This document shows positions 58,396-64,000 of a stretch of 64,000 bases of DNA, piece by piece. The notes under the pieces were generated by a model that was not told the origin of the DNA, searched no databases, and worked only from the letters and a program-made list of their open reading frames with translations. The DNA comes from an uncultured cyanobacterium (GTDB lineage Bacteria; Cyanobacteriota; Cyanobacteriia; Cyanobacteriales; CAWUOF01): positions 5,184,001 through 5,248,000 of the forward strand of contig CAVUSO010000001.1 of NCBI GenBank assembly GCA_963744145.1, given 5' to 3'. A program made the translations under genes and the position numbers. Each line of letters begins with the position of its first letter. Position 1 is the stretch's first letter.

Positions 58396-59157
58396 TTAAC
58401 CCTTAATCGCTTTAACTAAACCTTGACAAGCACGGAGAAAAATTGCGACATCGATCCCGATCGCCAGATATTGGACACCAGCATCAATCCATTGTTGTGC
58501 GATCGCTGGGTGATCAGCAAAAGTACCAGCAATTTTGCCAGCTTTACGGATAGTATTGATCGATTGTTGCATCAATTCAATTACCCGAGGATCGCGGACC
58601 TGTCCAGGAATACCTAAAGATTGGGATAGGTCATAAGGACCGAGAAAAATTACATCAACGGAAGAGACATTAACAATTTCTGGGATATTTTTGACTCCGC
58701 GATCGCCCTCAATTTGAACGATCACTAAAGATTCCTGATTTAATTGATCAGTAATTTGGTTTCCTGCTGAGGTATAAAGTCCAGCACGAGTTCCAAAGGA
58801 AAGACCCCTGGTTCCCAAAGGACTATATTTAGCACTACGCACGACAATTTCTGCATCATCTCGAGTTTCAATTTGGGGTACTTGGACCCCAGCACTACCA
58901 ATATCAAGAGCGCGTTGGATTTGGATTGGATCATTTTTACCAACTCGGATAATGGGTGCTAAATTGGTACAATCAGCCGCACGACATAGATCCTCTGCTG
59001 CAAGGATATTTAATGGACTATGTTCGAGATCAATCACAGCAAAATCAAATCCAGCATATCCACAGATTTCCATAAAACCTGGGTAAGCGCAATTGGTAAA
59101 CAAACCAAGCACTACTTCACCCTGTTGCAATTTTCGCTTCAATTTATTTTCACGCAT
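58396..59157 (-). CDS. HpcH/HpaI class II aldolase
   Basis: IDLEH, RALDIG, QIE, FLGPYDLS.SLG. Confidence 0.9.
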   Translation of the reverse strand: MRENKLKRKLQQGEVVLGLFTNCAYPGFMEICGYAGFDFAVIDLEHSPLNILAAEDLCRAADCTNLAPIIRVGKNDPIQIQRALDIGSAGVQVPQIETRDDAEIVVRSAKYSPLGTRGLSFGTRAGLYTSAGNQITDQLNQESLVIVQIEGDRGVKNIPEIVNVSSVDVIFLGPYDLSQSLGIPGQVRDPRVIELMQQSINTIRKAGKIAGTFADHPAIAQQWIDAGVQYLAIGIDVAIFLRACQGLVKAIKG

Positions 59158-59207
59158 TAAATTTCTGATCTATTGGTTGGGTAACTAGCAGTTTTTTTGC
59201 AGAGTAA

Positions 59208-59376
59208 TACCAATTTAATGTAAAGTTGCACAGAGTTCGATCCCCCTAAATCCCCCTTAAAAAGGGGGACTTTAAATTCTGGCTCCCCCTTTTTAAGGGG
59301 GACTTTAAATTCTGGCTCCCCCTTTTTAAGGGGGTTGGGGGGATCGGATTATATGCAGATTCATCAAAAATTGGTA
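59208..59376. mobile_element. MITE, TACCAATT-end family, copy 3 with a different internal REP
   Basis: TACCAATT/AATTGGTA ends, TAA duplication, CCCCCTTAAAAAGGGGG palindromes with an internal tandem duplication. Confidence 0.8.
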
Positions 59377-59577
59377 TAAGTCAACTATGTGATTTTTGTC
59401 CCCAAAACCTGCAAAAATTCGACTAACTATGATGGATGGGCATTGACAATAGCGCCATGCTCAAATTAAACTAATATGCTTAAATAACTCGCTCACCAAT
59501 TTTACCATGAACATTTTGACCGTTTCAACATGGTAGTTTTTTAGCAATAACCAAAACCTTCAACAATTTTTACTGAT

Positions 59578-60804
59578 ATGGCTATTCAAGGTGTCGATGT
59601 TTCTTTTTATCAAGGTGATGTTGATTGGCAAGCTGTTGCTAATGATGGTATTGTATTTGCTTTTGCTAAAGCAACTGAAGGTGATTATTTGGTCGATAGC
59701 AAATTTACCAGTTATTGGACTGGGATGAGAGCAGCAGGAATTATTCGTGGTGCTTATCACTTTTTTCGACCTAGTATTGACCCTCAAGTACAAGCCAATT
59801 TTTTTATCCAAACGATCAATAAACTGGAGTCTGATGATTTACCTCCTGTTTGTGATATAGAAGTTACTAGCGGTGTTGATACCAATACCATTGTTGACCG
59901 ATTATCCCAATGGTTAAATGCTGTCGAAAAAGGTTTAGGACGAAAACCAATTATTTATACTGCTCCTAACTTCTGGCAATCTGATTTAGGAGATATTCAA
60001 CTTTTTTCTGATTATCCGTTATGGATTGCTCATTACGATACTAATGATCCGATCGTCCCTGGTGCTTGGAGTACCTGGATTTTTCATCAATATTCGGAAT
60101 CAGGTACAGTTCAGGGAATAGATGGTAATGCGGATCTGGACCGCTTTGAAAGTTTTAGACAGGGAATATCAGGTGAATATATCAAAGATTTTCAAAAATT
60201 GTTACAAGCTAAAGGGTTTTATGCAGGAGCGATCGATGGTAATTTTGGCTCAGTGATGAATACAGCAGTAATTGCTTTTCAGCAAGCTGTAGGACTTGAT
60301 GCTGATGGAGTTATTGGTTTAAGAACTTGGAATGCGTTAACTGGTTCTGTGAAAGCAACACCGACCCCTAAACCACCAACACCAACACCAACACCGACCC
60401 CTAAACCACCAACACCAACACCAACACCGACCCCTAAACCACCAACACCAACACCAACACCGACCCCTAAACCACCAACACCAACACCAACACCGACCCC
60501 TAAACCACCAACACCAACACCAACTTCAGCAGTTAGTTTAATCAATGTCTGTAAATTTTACAGTGCTTTACCTCATCAAGACCAAGCTTTACAATGGTTA
60601 CAAGGACAAATTCCCAAAGCAACTCTAGATGAATTTGGTCGTCGTTGGCGCAATTTAACTTCCCCCAAACCTCCAACGATCAGTTTGCTTGAGGTCGGTA
60701 AATATTACCAAAGTCTAGCGAATCAAGACCTTTCTTTGCAATGGTTACAAGGACAAATTCCTAAAGCAACTTTAGATGAATTTTCCCAGCGTTGGAAAAG
60801 TTAA
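59578..60804 (+). CDS. GH25 lysozyme with peptidoglycan-binding domain, Pro/Thr linker and duplicated C-terminal motif
   Basis: GVDVS.YQG, KATEG, GAYHF, DIE, W.FHQYS; DG.FG..T..AV..FQ...GL..DGVIG..TW. Confidence 0.92.
   Translation: MAIQGVDVSFYQGDVDWQAVANDGIVFAFAKATEGDYLVDSKFTSYWTGMRAAGIIRGAYHFFRPSIDPQVQANFFIQTINKLESDDLPPVCDIEVTSGVDTNTIVDRLSQWLNAVEKGLGRKPIIYTAPNFWQSDLGDIQLFSDYPLWIAHYDTNDPIVPGAWSTWIFHQYSESGTVQGIDGNADLDRFESFRQGISGEYIKDFQKLLQAKGFYAGAIDGNFGSVMNTAVIAFQQAVGLDADGVIGLRTWNALTGSVKATPTPKPPTPTPTPTPKPPTPTPTPTPKPPTPTPTPTPKPPTPTPTPTPKPPTPTPTSAVSLINVCKFYSALPHQDQALQWLQGQIPKATLDEFGRRWRNLTSPKPPTISLLEVGKYYQSLANQDLSLQWLQGQIPKATLDEFSQRWKS
60358..60523 (+). repeat. 36-bp coding tandem repeat (TPTPKPPTPTPT), about 4.6 copies
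   Basis: ACACCGACCCCTAAACCACCAACACCAACACCA units. Confidence 0.9.
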
Positions 60805-60870
60805 TTAAAGTTGAGCTATTGTGGCGGATTTTTGTAATTAATTCCAATCTATAAAATACCCGAAGTTTTC

Positions 60871-61824
60871 ATGTATAATCCTTTACCGCAACCCCATACC
60901 TATGGCATTATTGGTACAGGTGCTATTGGTGGTTTTTATGGTGCAAAATTACAACAATCTGGACAAGAAGTGCATTTTCTGTTGCACCGTGACTATGATT
61001 ATGTTTGTCAGCATGGCTTAGTCATTAAATCTATTGATGGAGATTTTACTCTTTCCCAGGTAAATGCTTATCATGATGTCACGAAAATGCCTAAATGTGA
61101 TGTGGTAATTGTTGCATTGAAAACCACCCAAAATCACTTATTACCTGAGTTATTAGGGAAGATTCTTAAAGATAATGGAGTAGTAATTTTATTTCAAAAT
61201 GGATTAGGGAGTGAAATCGAAGTTGCCAAAATTGTTGGTGCCGATCGGGTAATGGGATGTGTTTGTATCATCTGTTCTGATAAAGTTAGTCCTGGAACCA
61301 TTAATCATACAGATTTTAGTAATATTATCCTAGCTGAATATGGAGTTAACTATCAAGTCGGTGGTATTAGTAAAAGAATGCAGCAAATTGCTGAAGATAT
61401 GAATCAGGCTGGAATTAAAACTGAATTGATGGCAGATTTATTATTGGTAAGATGGCAAAAATTAGTCTGGAATATTCCTTTTAATGGTCTTTCTGTAGTT
61501 TTAAATGCGACCACAGAGGAAATGATTAGTCATCCTGAAATTAAGTCTTTAGCTGAAGATTTAATGTTAGAAGTAGCGCTGGGAGCTAAAAGCTGCGATC
61601 GGGTTATTTCTAATGATTTTATTGCTGGAATGATTGAGCATACCATCAAAATGAAACCTTATTTACCTAGTATGAAAATTGATTACGATCGCCAACGGGC
61701 TTTAGAAATAGAGTCAATTTTTGGATATCCGTTAAATCTCGCCAGAGCGCATGGTGTAGAGTTACCAAAAATTGCCATGCTTGATCAACAATTACAATTT
61801 TTAGACCGAAAAAATCGTCAGTAA
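60871..61824 (+). CDS. panE: 2-dehydropantoate 2-reductase
   Basis: GTGAIG, ALKT, QNGLG, WQKLVWN..FN, PSM..D....LE. Confidence 0.88.
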   Translation: MYNPLPQPHTYGIIGTGAIGGFYGAKLQQSGQEVHFLLHRDYDYVCQHGLVIKSIDGDFTLSQVNAYHDVTKMPKCDVVIVALKTTQNHLLPELLGKILKDNGVVILFQNGLGSEIEVAKIVGADRVMGCVCIICSDKVSPGTINHTDFSNIILAEYGVNYQVGGISKRMQQIAEDMNQAGIKTELMADLLLVRWQKLVWNIPFNGLSVVLNATTEEMISHPEIKSLAEDLMLEVALGAKSCDRVISNDFIAGMIEHTIKMKPYLPSMKIDYDRQRALEIESIFGYPLNLARAHGVELPKIAMLDQQLQFLDRKNRQ

Positions 61825-61937
61825 AATCTAACAATAAGTTTGTAGTAGGGACTTTAGTCCCATAATGATTAATAATTGAGGACTAAAGCAATTACCACGA
61901 ACAGCCATTTTTTACTTTTGTAATATCTCTCATAAGG

Positions 61938-62522
61938 CAATACAGTTCAGTTAACCGTAGGTTGCATAGATGGCGAGGGCAAAGCATTTCGGTCATATTA
62001 TCCTTCGCTTAAGCAATCATTTATGCGCCGAAATGCTTTGCCCCTACAAGTAACTGAACTGGATTGGTATTTAATCAGCGATCGCTTGCCGATCAATCAG
62101 ATGTAGGGGCGAAGCATTCGGGCGACAATTGAACAATCAAACTTTACCCTGAGCGTAGTCGAAGGGCAGCAATATTAGATCCGAATGCTTCGCCCTTCTT
62201 CTGCTTCTGCGCCAAGCTCCCAAAAAATTCTTAACTGAATGGATTTTAAGAGCTAGTTGATCTGTAGGTTGCATCGATGGCGAGGGCAAAGCATTTCGGT
62301 AATATTATACTTCGTTTCAGCAATCATTTATTCGCCGAAATGCTTTGCCCCTACAAGTAACTGAACTGGATTGGTATTTAATCAGCGATCGCTTGCAGAT
62401 CAATCGGGTGTAGGGGCGAAGCATTCGGGCGACAATTTATAGTTCAAAACCGTTAATATTATATCCGAATGCTTCGCCCTGCTTCGCCGATATCCTCAAA
62501 ATACCTTAACTGAACCATATTG
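61938..62522. mobile_element. 585-bp non-autonomous element built from four REP pairs
   Basis: 17-bp TIR CAATACAGTTCAGTTAA / TTAACTGAACCATATTG; 10-bp TSD TCTCATAAGG at 61928-61937 and 62523-62532. Confidence 0.88.
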
Positions 62523-62579
62523 TCTCATAAGGTTGAAAAAAATGCTATTAAATGTTTAATTTAGTAGGAAGGAAAAATC

Positions 62580-64000
62580 ATGGCGCTATTACCAGAAGAA
62601 CTGCCCAAATGGTATACGGTTGAAGAAGAAAAAGACAGAGGTTGGACGCCAAAAACTGAGGATATTATTGAAGGTACAGGTGATCCAGTTACGATCAATG
62701 CTTGGGATACTAAAGGAAGCTATTGCCCTAAAAATGCTGATGCTTACACAATACGTTTGGACAAACTGCAAATTATTAGTCCGATTCAGGTTGGTGGGGG
62801 TAGTTTTCCAGAAGGAGGTATTTTACCCGCCCAAATTGGCGGAGTTCCCTGCATTCCCGGTTCTAGCATTAGGGGAGCATTACTAAGCTGGATTCAGGTA
62901 AAATGGGCTGAGTTAGACAGTGAGGAACAAGTTTTTTGGCAAAGTTTGCTAGCTAGCGATCGCACTCATTGGCTACCCCGCAAAATTCGCTTTGAAACCA
63001 TTTTACTAAAAAACCTCAAACCTTATCCATTACACGCTCAACAAAATTGGCAGTTGTTTGACCAAAAAAGTAATAAATTAGGCATTCAATGGCAAGTATC
63101 ACCTAAACCTCCGAGTCCGAATTACGATAAATTTTGCTTGCAAGTTTTACTGAAAAATGTTTGTAACAACGAACAAAAAACTTGGCTGGAAAAACGCCTA
63201 CAAGAAATGCTGCAATGCCAAGGAATTGGACGTGGGAAAGCATCTGGATTTGGTCGATTAGCGCCCAAAATTCCATCAGGAACTTGGGAAATTCAACTCA
63301 CTGGAATGAAACCTTGCATTCAAAGTCACAATCCAGGTAGAAAGCAAACCGGACAATATCGCTGGACTCCCCAAGTATTGCGTGCTAATTTACGAGGTTA
63401 TTTTACTAGATTAGCGTTGTCTTTGTTCTCGCATCAAACTGCGTTGGAACTGACTAATAAAATATTTGGAGGCTTGGGTTGTCCAGCTAGATTAATTTTA
63501 ACTAGCTACTTGCAATCGATTCCCAGAATGATCAGCAAAAGTTCCAAGGATTATACCAATATTCCGGCTAGTCAAGCCGAATCAACTTGGGTAATTAGCG
63601 TTGATTGCAATAAAGAATTTAAGCCCTTAATTGGTGGATTGCTTGTTTTAGCCAGTCGTTTAGGTGGACTCGGCCCAGGTTGGCGTAGACCTCCTCATAC
63701 TTTACAACGTTTTCATGGTTTTCGGGGCAGTGAATTTACTGTTACACCAGGTAATTTGGAAGAACCTTTAGATGAGTTAATTAATTGTTTGCGAAGATTG
63801 ATTACCCAATTAGGTGAAAATTATAATTGGGATGCGATGTCACCTCCGACAGTCGTTCCTGGTTGTCTGATTAGTATTTGGAAGGGACAAGTAAATCAAT
63901 GGCATAATATCGTGCATAAGGTTTGCAGTACAACAGCACAAAATCGTCCCCAATGGTGTGGAAGTTCTGAGAATCGACCATCAGGTTATGCAGTGCGACA
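62580..64000 (+). CDS. CRISPR type III RAMP protein, Cmr6-Cmr1-like fusion, truncated by window edge
   Basis: Not in ORF track. Reads MALLPEELPKW..., PIQVGGG, GVPCIPGSSIRG, G-loop GIGRGKASGFG, second RAMP LRANLRGYF..IFGGL and GGLGPGWRR. Confidence 0.85.
   Translation, partial: MALLPEELPKWYTVEEEKDRGWTPKTEDIIEGTGDPVTINAWDTKGSYCPKNADAYTIRLDKLQIISPIQVGGGSFPEGGILPAQIGGVPCIPGSSIRGALLSWIQVKWAELDSEEQVFWQSLLASDRTHWLPRKIRFETILLKNLKPYPLHAQQNWQLFDQKSNKLGIQWQVSPKPPSPNYDKFCLQVLLKNVCNNEQKTWLEKRLQEMLQCQGIGRGKASGFGRLAPKIPSGTWEIQLTGMKPCIQSHNPGRKQTGQYRWTPQVLRANLRGYFTRLALSLFSHQTALELTNKIFGGLGCPARLILTSYLQSIPRMISKSSKDYTNIPASQAESTWVISVDCNKEFKPLIGGLLVLASRLGGLGPGWRRPPHTLQRFHGFRGSEFTVTPGNLEEPLDELINCLRRLITQLGENYNWDAMSPPTVVPGCLISIWKGQVNQWHNIVHKVCSTTAQNRPQWCGSSENRPSGYAVR

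Noticed and set aside
59578..60804. Prophage lysis cassette
   Set aside because: No holin, structural or integrase genes nearby.
61938..62522. Repeats upstream of the RAMP gene as a CRISPR array
   Set aside because: Inverted REP pairs with TIRs and a TSD; no regular repeat-spacer period.
62589..62886. ORFs 62589-62771 and 62620-62886
   Set aside because: Out-of-frame or antisense overlaps of the RAMP gene starting at 62580.

Overview
Cyanobacterial chromosomal window: HIP1 octamer GCGATCGC throughout, psbU, xisHI, Uma2 proteins and GTAG-type REP palindromes. The housekeeping backbone is an HstK-type kinase/AAA/GAF gene (cut by the left edge), tRNA-Tyr/tRNA-Thr, moeA, cobO, valS, hoxW-like, cobI, nadB, psbU, an FHA-adenylate cyclase, uppP and panE. 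Accessory content: (i) a type I restriction-modification operon (hsdM, hsdS, hsdR) split by about 9 kb of defence and toxin-antitoxin cargo plus nested mobile DNA; (ii) a Ro60/Rsr (TROVE) gene whose leader holds a 128-nt tRNA-like RNA with an encoded CCA, a G3-U70 pair and alternative long-range helices ending at the start codon, facing a divergent NACHT-HEAT gene across a duplicated promoter region; (iii) a 998-aa orphan whose C-terminus resembles an inactive MID-PIWI module; (iv) three NsiR1-like small-RNA units; (v) two complete IS elements with readable target duplications, several MITEs and nested 21-24-nt micro-repeats; (vi) a Cmr6-Cmr1-like double-RAMP gene cut by the right edge, with no CRISPR array in the window. 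All protein calls come from motif recognition by eye; no database search or folding program was run.
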